Source: Polyangiales bacterium (GTDB taxonomy: Bacteria; Myxococcota_A; Polyangia; Polyangiales; Polyangiaceae). From it: a stretch of DNA of 64,000 bases. The translations under genes were made by a program, and so were the position numbers. The stretch spans positions 1-64,000 of the forward strand of contig JBBRLQ010000034.1 of the NCBI GenBank assembly GCA_038231275.1, written 5' to 3'. Positions 17,614-28,266 of the stretch are shown piece after piece (position 1 is the first letter of the stretch; each line of letters begins with the position of its first letter). The notes below the pieces were generated by a model. That model searched no databases and had not been told where the DNA came from. It was given only the letters and a program-made list of their open reading frames with translations.

Positions 17614-19766
17614 CCGAACGACGTCGCGTCGAAGAGTCCCTCCGGGAGAGCGAAGAGCGCTTCCGCCTGCTCGTCGAGAGCGTGCGGGACTACGCGATCT
17701 TCATGCTCGATCCGACGGGACGCATCGCGACGTGGAACATCGGCGCAGAGCGAATCAAGGGGTACCGCGCGGACGAGATCATCGGCGAGCATCTCTCACG
17801 CTTCTACCCGACCGTCGACATCGAAGCCGGGAAGTGCGAGATGGAGCTCGAGGTCGCCGCGCGCGAAGGACGATTCGAGGACGAGGGATGGCGGCTCCGA
17901 AAAGACGGGAGTCACTTCTGGGCGAACGTGATCCTCACCGCGCTGCGCGACGCGGACGGCAGGCTCGTCGGTTACGCGAAGGTCACCCGAGACCTCACGG
18001 AGCGAAAGCGGGCGGAAGAGGAGCGGCTTCGCCTGGGCATCCTCGCGCGCGAGCGCATCGCCACGCTCACGCACCTCTCCGAAGCGCTCGCCGGCGCGCT
18101 CTCGACGGACGAGGTCAGCGCGGTGGTCGTGGAGGCCGGGACGACCCTCGCGCGCGCGGATGCTTGCCTGCTGTACATGCTCGACCCGCGGTCGCTCGTC
18201 CTCGAGCTGTTGGCGGAGCGCGGGTGCAATCCAAACCTGGTCGACCGCATCCGGCACATCACGCCAGAGTCGGATAATCCCGTCTATTCCATCGGCGTGG
18301 GGCGCGTCGACTCCGTCTGGATCGAGAGCGCCGCGGAGTACGATGCTTTCTTTCCGGCGATGGCGCGGGTCGAGGCCGACGGACCGCGGACGAACGCGTT
18401 CTGGTGCGCGTCGCTCAGGGCCGAGGGGCGCACGATCGGGATGCTCGCGGTCGCCTTCCACGCGCCTCGCGCCTTCGCGTCGGAGGAGCGCGAGTTCGTC
18501 GGCACGTTCGCGCGGCAGTGCGCGCAGGCGCTCGCCCGCGCAGGGCGCCTCGCTGCCGAGCGCGCGGCGGCGAGCATGGCGGAAGAGGCGCGCCGCAGCG
18601 CCGACCGCGCGAACCACGCGAAGGACGAGTTCCTTGCGGTCGTGAGCCACGAGCTGCGGACCCCGCTGAACGCGATCATGGGCTGGGCCAAGATCATGAT
18701 GTCGCGCGACTTCGACGATCGCCGTCGTCGCGTCGCCGTCGAGACGATCGAGCGCAACGCCGGGGCCATGGCGCAGCTCATCGAGGATCTCCTCGACATG
18801 TCGCGCGTCATCAGCGGAAAGATGCGCCTCGAGCTCCAGGTCGTCGACGTCGCGTCGGTCGTGGAGGCGGCGGTCCACTCCATCAAGCCGGCCGCCGATG
18901 CGAAGGAGGTCACCGTCGCGTGTGCGCTCGAAGTGTCGCCGAGGGTCACTGCGGATCCGACCCGCCTCCAGCAGATTGTCTGGAACCTCGTGAGCAACGC
19001 GATCAAGTTCACGCCGCGCGCCGGACGTGTCCACGTGCGCCTCCGCCGCGACAGCGACGAGATCGCGCTCACCGTCGAAGACACGGGAAAGGGAATTTCG
19101 CCCGCGTTCTTGCCCAGCGTCTTCGACGCCTTTCGCCAAGAGGACGCGAGCCCCTCGCGGGCGCGCGGCGGCCTCGGGCTCGGGTTGGCGATCACGCGGC
19201 AGCTCGTCGAGCTCCACGGCGGGCGAATTGAGGCCTTCAGCGAAGGGGAGGGGCAAGGATCCAAGTTCGTCGTCACGTTGCCGCTACCGAGCGGCGCGCA
19301 GGCAGCGGAGGCGGCGCCGACCGCTTTGGCGAAGGATCTGCGCGAGAACCCGTTCGAGCGCCCCGCGCAGCTGCGCGGGCTCCGCGTCATCGTCGTCGAG
19401 GACGACGACGATGGGCGCGAGCTCGTCGCGATGGTCCTCGAGGATTGCGGGTGCCGGGTGACCACCGCCCGGAGCGTCGCAGAGGCGATGACCGCGATCG
19501 GCAAAGAGGTTCCCGACGTCCTCCTCTCCGACATCGCCATGCCTGGCGAGGACGGCTACGATCTCATTCGCCGCGTCCGCGCCTTACCGGCCGACGCCGG
19601 TGGATCGATCCCCGCCGGCGCGCTCACGGCCTTCGCGCGCCCCGAAGACCGGCGAAAGATCCTGAACGCTGGATACTCGATTCACCTCCCGAAGCCCATC
19701 GAGCCGGCGGAGTTGGTCGCCGTCGTCGCCACGTTGAGCCGCTCCGCGTCGCCACGGCAGATTTGA
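17610..19766 (+). CDS. PAS-GAF hybrid sensor histidine kinase with C-terminal receiver
   Basis: PAS (DYAIFMLDPTG..WNIGAERIKGY..RKDGSHFWA), GAF, SHELRTPLN, GGLGLGL, VVEDDDD. Confidence 0.93.
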   Translation: MTERRRVEESLRESEERFRLLVESVRDYAIFMLDPTGRIATWNIGAERIKGYRADEIIGEHLSRFYPTVDIEAGKCEMELEVAAREGRFEDEGWRLRKDGSHFWANVILTALRDADGRLVGYAKVTRDLTERKRAEEERLRLGILARERIATLTHLSEALAGALSTDEVSAVVVEAGTTLARADACLLYMLDPRSLVLELLAERGCNPNLVDRIRHITPESDNPVYSIGVGRVDSVWIESAAEYDAFFPAMARVEADGPRTNAFWCASLRAEGRTIGMLAVAFHAPRAFASEEREFVGTFARQCAQALARAGRLAAERAAASMAEEARRSADRANHAKDEFLAVVSHELRTPLNAIMGWAKIMMSRDFDDRRRRVAVETIERNAGAMAQLIEDLLDMSRVISGKMRLELQVVDVASVVEAAVHSIKPAADAKEVTVACALEVSPRVTADPTRLQQIVWNLVSNAIKFTPRAGRVHVRLRRDSDEIALTVEDTGKGISPAFLPSVFDAFRQEDASPSRARGGLGLGLAITRQLVELHGGRIEAFSEGEGQGSKFVVTLPLPSGAQAAEAAPTALAKDLRENPFERPAQLRGLRVIVVEDDDDGRELVAMVLEDCGCRVTTARSVAEAMTAIGKEVPDVLLSDIAMPGEDGYDLIRRVRALPADAGGSIPAGALTAFARPEDRRKILNAGYSIHLPKPIEPAELVAVVATLSRSASPRQI

Positions 19767-19812
19767 GCGGACGCCCGAGGACACGCGCCCGAGGACGCGC
19801 TAGATCTCGGTC

Positions 19813-20523
19813 ATGCGTCGACTCTTCGCGGCCTCGTTAACGGTGCTCACCCTCGTCGCGTGCGGGGGCTCCCACTTCGTCGGCACCCGCGCGGCGGATC
19901 CGGTGCTCCTCGCGGACGCGCAGTCGCCCGCCGAAGTGCGCGCCGCGGTGGTTCGTGCGCTGGCGGCGCGTCGCTTTTCGACCGAGTCGGAGACGGCGGG
20001 CCGCGTCGTCGCGCGCCTCGAGAAGGGAGGCGAGCGCATCCGCGTAGCGGTCGAGTACTCCGATCACCAGTACGCGATCCGGTACCTCGACAGCGCCGGG
20101 ATGCAGACGCGGACCGAGAACGGTGAGCTCCTCGTCGGCGGCGACTACAGGTCGTGGACCGACAAGTTGAAGCACGCGATCGGCGAGGAGCTGCGACGAC
20201 CCGCCAAGGAGCGCGCGGAGACCGAGCGTCGCGAGCGCGACTACCAGCTCCTCCTGCAAGCGCAGCGCACGACCGAAGCGCTCGCGACCGAGCGGGCCGC
20301 CGAAGCCCAGGCCGCCGCCGCGAACGGTCCGCCGCCCGCCGATCCCGCTCCCGCGCCGGCGCCTCCGCCCGTCGTCATCCAAGGCGGGACGACCATCCGC
20401 GAGAGCCAACAGAGCTTCACCTGCTGCATCAACGGCGCGCGCTACGCGTGCCCGGGCGAGGAGGCCTTCCGCCATTGCGTGTCGCGTGGCCCCACGAAGT
20501 GCACGCCCGCCGGTCGCTGCTGA
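19813..20523 (+). CDS. Putative lipoprotein with Cys-rich C-terminus
   Basis: Lipobox LVAC; globular N-domain, coiled/Pro linker, CCING..C..C..C..C tail. Confidence 0.75.
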   Translation: MRRLFAASLTVLTLVACGGSHFVGTRAADPVLLADAQSPAEVRAAVVRALAARRFSTESETAGRVVARLEKGGERIRVAVEYSDHQYAIRYLDSAGMQTRTENGELLVGGDYRSWTDKLKHAIGEELRRPAKERAETERRERDYQLLLQAQRTTEALATERAAEAQAAAANGPPPADPAPAPAPPPVVIQGGTTIRESQQSFTCCINGARYACPGEEAFRHCVSRGPTKCTPAGRC

Positions 20524-20531
20524 CACCCTTC

Positions 20532-20909
20532 ATGAAACTGCGCATCCGCGGCAACTCCCTTCGGCTGAGGCTCACGCGCGCCGAGGTCGACACGCTCGCC
20601 GCGCACGGAAGGGTGGAGGACGCGGTCGCCTTCGGTCCTGGTGAGACGGCGCGGCTCGTCTACGCCATCGTCGCGCGGCAGGACGCGCGCTCCTCGGCCG
20701 ACATGCAGGGCCGCGCGATCACCGTGACGCTCCCCGCCGCGCTCGTGCGCGACTGGGCGGTGTCCGAGCAAGTAGGGATCGCGCACGAGCAACCGATCGG
20801 AGAGGGCGGTCCACTGAAGGTCCTCGTCGAGAAGGACTTCGCGTGTCTCGCGCCGCGTGAAGGCGAAGGCGACGAGAGCGCGTTCCCGAATCCGAACGCG
20901 ACGAAGTGA
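20532..20909 (+). CDS. Conserved hypothetical protein (MKLRIRGNSLRLRL family)
   Basis: Characteristic N-terminus and VLVEKDFACL...FPNP C-terminus. Confidence 0.8.
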   Translation: MKLRIRGNSLRLRLTRAEVDTLAAHGRVEDAVAFGPGETARLVYAIVARQDARSSADMQGRAITVTLPAALVRDWAVSEQVGIAHEQPIGEGGPLKVLVEKDFACLAPREGEGDESAFPNPNATK

Positions 20910-20912
20910 CGG

Positions 20913-21458
20913 TCAGGGGACGAACCAGGTCGTCCCCGCCGTGACGGCGCCCCCCGAGAACGGGGGAATCTTCGCGGTTGCGAGCTCGTCGCGCACGCAC
21001 GCCGCCGCGCGCTCGGAGACGCCCTGCGGCGCATCGAGCGCGACGCTGGAGACTGTCCCGTCGGGGGCGAAGGTGACGGTGGCGTGGCCATAGCCGCGCG
21101 GCAAACCCCACGGCGCGCAATCGACGACCTTGCGTTCGGCGAGGGCCGCGTGCGGCGCCGCGGGGTCGAGCGGGCGATAGGTCGAAGGCGGCGGCGGCGG
21201 GCGTGGCGGGAGCGGCGCGTAGTGAGGAGCAGGCTCGCGCGGTGGCTCGATCTCGCCGGCCGGAACCGCCTCGACGACGAAACGTTCACGCTCCTCGCTC
21301 GCGGCGGCGACCTGGGCGATCGCGCCGAACAGCTCGATGACGGCGATGGCGACGTCGACTCCGCCGCTCCCGCCATGGGTGTGACGGTGGTGGTAGCCCG
21401 TGGTGGCGCACGAGGGCAGAAGAAGGAGCAGCGAAGGGAGCAGAAGCAGGCGGCGCAT
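20913..21458 (-). CDS. Putative lipoprotein with TonB-C/AgmX-like C-terminal domain
   Basis: Lipobox LPSC, Pro-rich linker, VTFAPDGTVSSV...ACV......IPPFSG. Confidence 0.65.
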   Translation of the reverse strand: MRRLLLLPSLLLLLPSCATTGYHHRHTHGGSGGVDVAIAVIELFGAIAQVAAASEERERFVVEAVPAGEIEPPREPAPHYAPLPPRPPPPPSTYRPLDPAAPHAALAERKVVDCAPWGLPRGYGHATVTFAPDGTVSSVALDAPQGVSERAAACVRDELATAKIPPFSGGAVTAGTTWFVP

Positions 21459-21608
21459 CGATGACCTCCGCTCAGCCCTCATCAAGACGCGTGCCCGACC
21501 TCCGCCACACCTGACGACGCGCAGTTACGTTCGTCCGCGTCGCGGAGTGCGACGGCGCGCCTCGGGCCGGGCGGAGACCGGTGGGCGCCGCGCCACGGAC
21601 GTCGCCGC

Positions 21609-22057
21609 TCACGCGGGCTTGGCGGGTTTGGCCTGACGCGCGGCGTCGCCGGCGAGCTCGCGGAGCCACTGCCTGTCCTCCGGATCCTTCGTAAGGGACG
21701 CCGCCTTCTCGAACGCCGCCGCCGCCGCGCGGTAAAGGGTCCGGGCTCGGCCCTCCTTCCGCGCGTCGTTCGTCCGCGTCGCGACCAGCTCGCACGTCTT
21801 CGCGAGCGTCGTCCACGACGATCGCTGCGCGGGCGCGAGCTTCGCCGCGACATGTGCATAGTGCAACGAACGGGCGGCCGATTTACAGCGCGCCCAGCCT
21901 CGCGCGAGCTCCTCTGCCACGACCGCCACGTCGTCGGTGATGCCGCCCGCGCGCGCGAGGGCGTACGCGGATTCGAGCTTCGCCACGGCGCCCTTGACGT
22001 CGTGCTTCATCGCGGCCGCCGCTTCCTTCAACAGGCGCGGCAAATCTGCAGGTGCGC

Positions 22058-22061
<4 letters not shown>
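21609..22061 (-). CDS. Hypothetical helical-repeat (TPR-like) protein
   Basis: Ala-rich helical repeats; translationally coupled to the transglutaminase gene. Confidence 0.6.
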
Positions 22062-23790
<1,729 letters not shown>

Positions 23791-23794
<4 letters not shown>

Positions 23795-25035
23795 AGCGCG
23801 AGCGCCTCTCCCGCGATCACCGCGCGCTGCCGGGCCTCGTCGACGAGCACGTACGCGCAGCCGACTCCGGTTCCGCCGATCCGTTCGACCAGCGCGCGTC
23901 GCGTCGCGTCGTCGGCGACCGACACGACGACGACTGTGGACAGACGCGAGAGCCGCGGTCCGAGCCGACGAAGGAGCGCGTCGACGTTCGGCGGAGGTCC
24001 GCGCCTCACGCAGGCGAGAAGATCGAGCGCCTGCTCCAAGAACCCGAGGCTCCGTCCCAGCGTCAGCTCGTGCACAGCGTCGCCCACCACGAGGAGATCG
24101 ATGAGCGCCTCGCCGCGCGACAGGTGCGCGACGATGCCCGCTGCGAGCGAGATCGCGGCCTCGAGCCGCTCCGGATCGGTCGTCCCGGTGTCGAGCACCA
24201 CACCGACGCGGCTGAAATACTCTTGCTGGTACTCACGCACCACGGGCGCTCCGGTGCGCGCCCAGCTCTTCGCGTGCAGATCGCGCACGGGATCGCCGGG
24301 GCGGTACGGACGCACCCCGAGCAGATCCATCGACTCGCCGCTCTTCGACGCCAGCGCGACGCCGCCCGGCTGGTGTCGTCGCCCGAGCGGCATCGTGAGG
24401 CGGGTGACGTTGGCCGGCTTCGGCACGACGACGATGCGCGTGCCCCCGGTCTCGACGGGGGGCCCCAGCGAGAGCCCGAACGGCACGCGCGCCGCCACGC
24501 GAAAGGTGTCGAGGTGGTGCTCGCCGCGCAGGACGAAGCGCGCACACATCGCCGCGCGCCCGGTCTCCCCGGGCTCGAGGCCGGCGATGAAGCGCGACGC
24601 CGGCTCGGCGGGCTGCCATTGCCCATGCCACGGCAAGAACGGCCCTCCCACGAGCATTCCCCCCTGTGGGTCCGCGCCGGTGTTGCGGCAGACGATCTCG
24701 AACCGCGCGACGTCGCCCACCGTCACCCGCCGCGGCGCGACGACCTCGGGCACGACGCCGCGCAGCACGAACGCGCGGCTGATCGCGAGAGAGGCGACGC
24801 CGACGCCCGCCAGCACACAAAAGAGGAGGTAGACGTCCGTTCGGACGACGTCGAGGCCGAGGCCGGCGGCGATCAGCGTGACGGTCGCGAAGAGCTGCCC
24901 CTCGCGTGTGAACGAGCCGACGATGCCGAAAATCGGACGGAGAAGCCGAAAAATCAGGCCGCGCCGAAAGCGGTCGCGCCCCTCCTTGGACTGAGGAATG
25001 AGAACGTGGTTGAGGCGCGCGAGATCGATGCGCAT
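23791..25035 (-). CDS. DUF58 domain protein
   Basis: GVRPYRPGDPVRDLHAKSWAR...VVREY, VVLD; typical position in a MoxR operon. Confidence 0.9.
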
Positions 25036-25976
25036 CAGAGCGGCACGCCGACGTCGCGGACGATCTCGCTGACGATGGCCTCCGCCGTGGTGCCGCCGTA
25101 CCGCGCCTCGCTCGCGAGCAGCACGCGGTGCGCGAGCACCGGTACCGCGAGCGCGTGCACGTCCGCCGGGCTCGCGTACGTGCGCCCATTCATGAGCGCG
25201 CGCGCCTGCGAGGCCCGAAAGAACGCGAGCGCCCCGCGCGGGCTGACGCCGAGCGCGAGGTCCTTGTGATCGCGCGTCTTCGCAACGAGCGAGAGGAGGT
25301 AGTCGGCGACCGGCTCCTTGACCTCCACGTCGCGCACCTCTTGCTGCATCCGCGTGAGCTCGTCGGCGTCGCACACCGCCGCGACCTTCGCGAGCGGATC
25401 GACGCGTTGCCGCGCGAAGAGCATCGCGCGCTCGGCGTCGCGCGCGGGATAGCCGACCCCGATGCGAAGGAGGAAGCGATCGAGCTGCGCTTCGGGCAAG
25501 GGGTAGGTGCCCTGGTAGTCGACGGGGTTCTGCGTCGCGATCACGAAGAACGGCTGCGGCAGCGCGTGGGTCACGCCGTCCACGGTGGCCTGCGCCTCGT
25601 TCATCGCCTCGAGCAGCGCCGACTGCGTCCGGGGCGACGCGCGGTTGATCTCGTCGGCGAGCAGGACGTTCGTGAAAATCGGCCCTTTGTGGAACGCGAA
25701 GGTCCCGTCGCGCGGGCTCAGAACTTGCGAGCCGAGGATGTCGGTCGGCAGCAAATCCGGCGTGAACTGCACGCGCGTGAACGTGATGCGAAACGCGCGC
25801 GCGAGCGCTTTGGCCAGCGTCGTCTTTCCTACGCCCGGAACGTCTTCTACCAGGACGTGGCCGGCGCCGAGCACACCCACGAGGAGCAGCTCGATGACGT
25901 CGTCCTTGCCGTGCATGACCGCGCGAAGGGCGCCGCGAATTCGTTCGAGCGCTTCGGACGTCTGCGTGGTGGGCAT
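25035..25976 (-). CDS. moxR: MoxR family AAA+ ATPase
   Basis: EDVPGVGKT, RVQFTPDLLPTD, LLADEINRASPRTQSALLEAM, ATQNP, YPLPEAQLDRF. Confidence 0.95.
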   Translation of the reverse strand: MPTTQTSEALERIRGALRAVMHGKDDVIELLLVGVLGAGHVLVEDVPGVGKTTLAKALARAFRITFTRVQFTPDLLPTDILGSQVLSPRDGTFAFHKGPIFTNVLLADEINRASPRTQSALLEAMNEAQATVDGVTHALPQPFFVIATQNPVDYQGTYPLPEAQLDRFLLRIGVGYPARDAERAMLFARQRVDPLAKVAAVCDADELTRMQQEVRDVEVKEPVADYLLSLVAKTRDHKDLALGVSPRGALAFFRASQARALMNGRTYASPADVHALAVPVLAHRVLLASEARYGGTTAEAIVSEIVRDVGVPL

Positions 25977-26000
25977 CGCGCCCGATGATATCCTCCGCGC

Positions 26001-26570
26001 ATGGCGCTTCGTGACGCGATCGACGAGGAGATCTCGAAGGAGGCGCTGCCCACCATCGTGCAGGTCGGCGTCGACGTCTTGCGCGAACGCGCCGCCGACG
26101 TTGCTGCTTCAGAGATCGAGACCGAAGAGATGCGCCGCCTCGTCCAGACGATGGTGGCGGTGATGCGCAGCGCGCCAGGCGTGGGCCTCGCGGCGCCGCA
26201 GATCGGCGTGGGCCTACGCCTCTTCGTGATCGAAGATCGCGCCGAGTACATGGCGCGGGCCAACCCCGTCGACCTCGAGGAGCGCGGCCGGGTGCCCGTA
26301 CCGCTCAAGGTCTTCTTCAACCCGGTGCTGCGCCTCCTCGGCGACCGCAAGGCGAGCTACTACGAGGGCTGCCTAAGCGTGGAGGGCTTCGTCGCGCTGG
26401 TCGAGCGGAGCCACGAGGTCGAGATCGAGGGCCTCGACGAGCACGGCGTGCCCCACGCGTGGCGCGTCACCGGCTGGCCCGCGCGAATTCTCCAGCACGA
26501 GACCGACCACCTCGACGGCACGCTCTACATCGACCGCATGCAAACGCGCACCTTCACCAAGGTCACCTGA
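26001..26570 (+). CDS. def: Peptide deformylase
   Basis: GVGLAAPQ, EGCLS and QHETDHLDG motifs. Confidence 0.95.
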   Translation: MALRDAIDEEISKEALPTIVQVGVDVLRERAADVAASEIETEEMRRLVQTMVAVMRSAPGVGLAAPQIGVGLRLFVIEDRAEYMARANPVDLEERGRVPVPLKVFFNPVLRLLGDRKASYYEGCLSVEGFVALVERSHEVEIEGLDEHGVPHAWRVTGWPARILQHETDHLDGTLYIDRMQTRTFTKVT

Positions 26571-26612
26571 CGAGGCGCGCAACGGGGTAGCTGCGCCGAA
26601 AAAGCTGGTACC

Positions 26613-26647
26613 ATATCTTGACATCAAGTCACTTGATGCCAAGATAT
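26613..26647. promoter_or_regulatory. 35-bp inverted repeat, likely MarR operator overlapping the promoter
   Basis: ATATCTTGACATCAAGT-C-ACTTGATGCCAAGATAT (1 mismatch); contains TTGACA; ends 5 bp before the marR start. Confidence 0.75.
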
Positions 26648-26652
26648 ATAGC

Positions 26653-27147
26653 GTGATCGTCACCAGGACCGCCACCCGCACCGCGTCCGCTCGGACGGAC
26701 GCGTCGGGCACCCACGTTTGGCTCATCCTCATGAAGGCCCACCGCGCCCTCGCGCGCCACGCCCAGCGCAGCGTGGAGGAAGCCCGAATGGGCCTCTCTG
26801 ATTTCGCGACGCTCGAGATGCTCCTCCACAAGGGACCGCAGCTGGTGAACGACATCGGCCGGCGCATCGGTCTCACCAGCGGATCGATCACGACGGCGGT
26901 GGATCGTCTGGAGAAGCGCGGCCTCGTCGCGCGCGCCGCCGATCCACGCGACCGTCGCGCGTGCGTCGTCCGACTCACCCCGACCGGCGACGCGCTGATC
27001 CGCGAGGTGTTCGCAGCTCACAAGGCCGCGATCGACCTCGCGGCGAGCGATCTCTCGAAGACCGAGCGCGCCGCGCTCATCGGCCTCCTGAAGAAGCTCG
27101 GCACCTCCGCCGAGCGTCGGTTCGAAGAAGAAAGAGACGCACCATGA
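26653..27147 (+). CDS. MarR family transcriptional regulator
   Basis: wHTH: SGSITTAVDRLEKRGLVAR..DPRDRR...VRLT. Confidence 0.93.
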   Translation: MIVTRTATRTASARTDASGTHVWLILMKAHRALARHAQRSVEEARMGLSDFATLEMLLHKGPQLVNDIGRRIGLTSGSITTAVDRLEKRGLVARAADPRDRRACVVRLTPTGDALIREVFAAHKAAIDLAASDLSKTERAALIGLLKKLGTSAERRFEEERDAP

Positions 27148-27983
27148 CCCTCGCATCCCTCGACGTCACCTCGGCCCCGATCCGCACGATCGTCTTTCGC
27201 ACGCGCGGCCACGAGCACGGGGCGATCACGCGGCTCGTTTCCCCTGGCGACGTGGGAGAGCTGATCAAGCCCTTCGTCTTCCTGGACTTCTTCTCGTCGG
27301 AGCCGACGGGGCGCGGTGGCTTCGGCTGGCATCCTCACTCGGGCATCGCGACGTTGACCGTAATCCTCGAAGGTCGAACGAGCTACGAGGAGACCACCGG
27401 CGCCAAGGGCTCGCTCTCACGCGGGGGCGTCGAGTGGATGCGCGCGGGCAACGGCGTTTGGCATACGGGAAAGCCGAGCGCCACCGAACGTACCGTCGGC
27501 TACCAGCTCTGGGTCGCGCTCCCGCCCGAGCTCGAGAACGGTCCGTCGGCGAGCCACTACGTGCAGCCGTCCGACGTCCCCGTCGACGGTCCGGCGCGCG
27601 TCATTCTCGGCCGACACGGCGCAGCACAGAGCCCGATCGCGGCGCCGTCGCCGATCAATTACTTGGTCGTCGACCTGAAGTCCGGAGATCGCTGGACGTA
27701 TCGCCCGCCGCCCGGCCACCTCGTCGCCTGGGTCGCCGTGCACGCGGGGACGCTCCGCACGCCCGCGCCCGTACCCTCCGGCGAGCTCGCGGTCTTCGAT
27801 CGCTCGAACGCGCCGATCGAGCTGATCGCCGACGGCGATACCTCGTTCGTCATCGGCTCGGCGGTGCCCCACGACCACCCGCTGGTGCTCGGGTACTACT
27901 CGGTGCACACGAGCGCCGAGGCGCTCCGGCGCGGCGAAGCGGAGATCGACCGCATCGGCATGGAACGCAGGCGCGCGCGGTAG
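27144..27983 (+). CDS. Pirin family protein
   Basis: PFVFLD, GFGWHPHSGI, VEWMRAGNGVWH, YQLWVALP; ATGA coupling to marR. Confidence 0.92.
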   Translation: MTLASLDVTSAPIRTIVFRTRGHEHGAITRLVSPGDVGELIKPFVFLDFFSSEPTGRGGFGWHPHSGIATLTVILEGRTSYEETTGAKGSLSRGGVEWMRAGNGVWHTGKPSATERTVGYQLWVALPPELENGPSASHYVQPSDVPVDGPARVILGRHGAAQSPIAAPSPINYLVVDLKSGDRWTYRPPPGHLVAWVAVHAGTLRTPAPVPSGELAVFDRSNAPIELIADGDTSFVIGSAVPHDHPLVLGYYSVHTSAEALRRGEAEIDRIGMERRRAR

Positions 27984-28014
27984 GGCATCGCGCTCGGAGA
28001 CGCCCTACCGCGCG
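27974..28014. terminator. 13-bp GC-rich hairpin at the pirin 3' end (terminator or REP-like)
   Basis: CGCGCGGTAGGGC-N15-GCCCTACCGCGCG; no U-tract. Confidence 0.5.
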
Positions 28015-28266
28015 GCGAGGGCGCGCGCCTGTAATGCTTCCCGGAGCTCTGCGTCAGCAGGGTATGAGCACCGATCGAGCGCTGTCTTTCGCCCGCAACC
28101 TGTTCGGCGTACCCCTTTCGGCGTGGGGCCCTCCGCCCGACCCTCGGCCTCGCCCTGAGCTCGACGCTCGCCGCTGCTGCGACTCGCCGCAGCGGGTCGT
28201 CGGTCATCGCGAGCGCGATGCGGAAGATGCCTGGACGCGGTGCGGGTCGTCGGTCATTCTTTCGCG

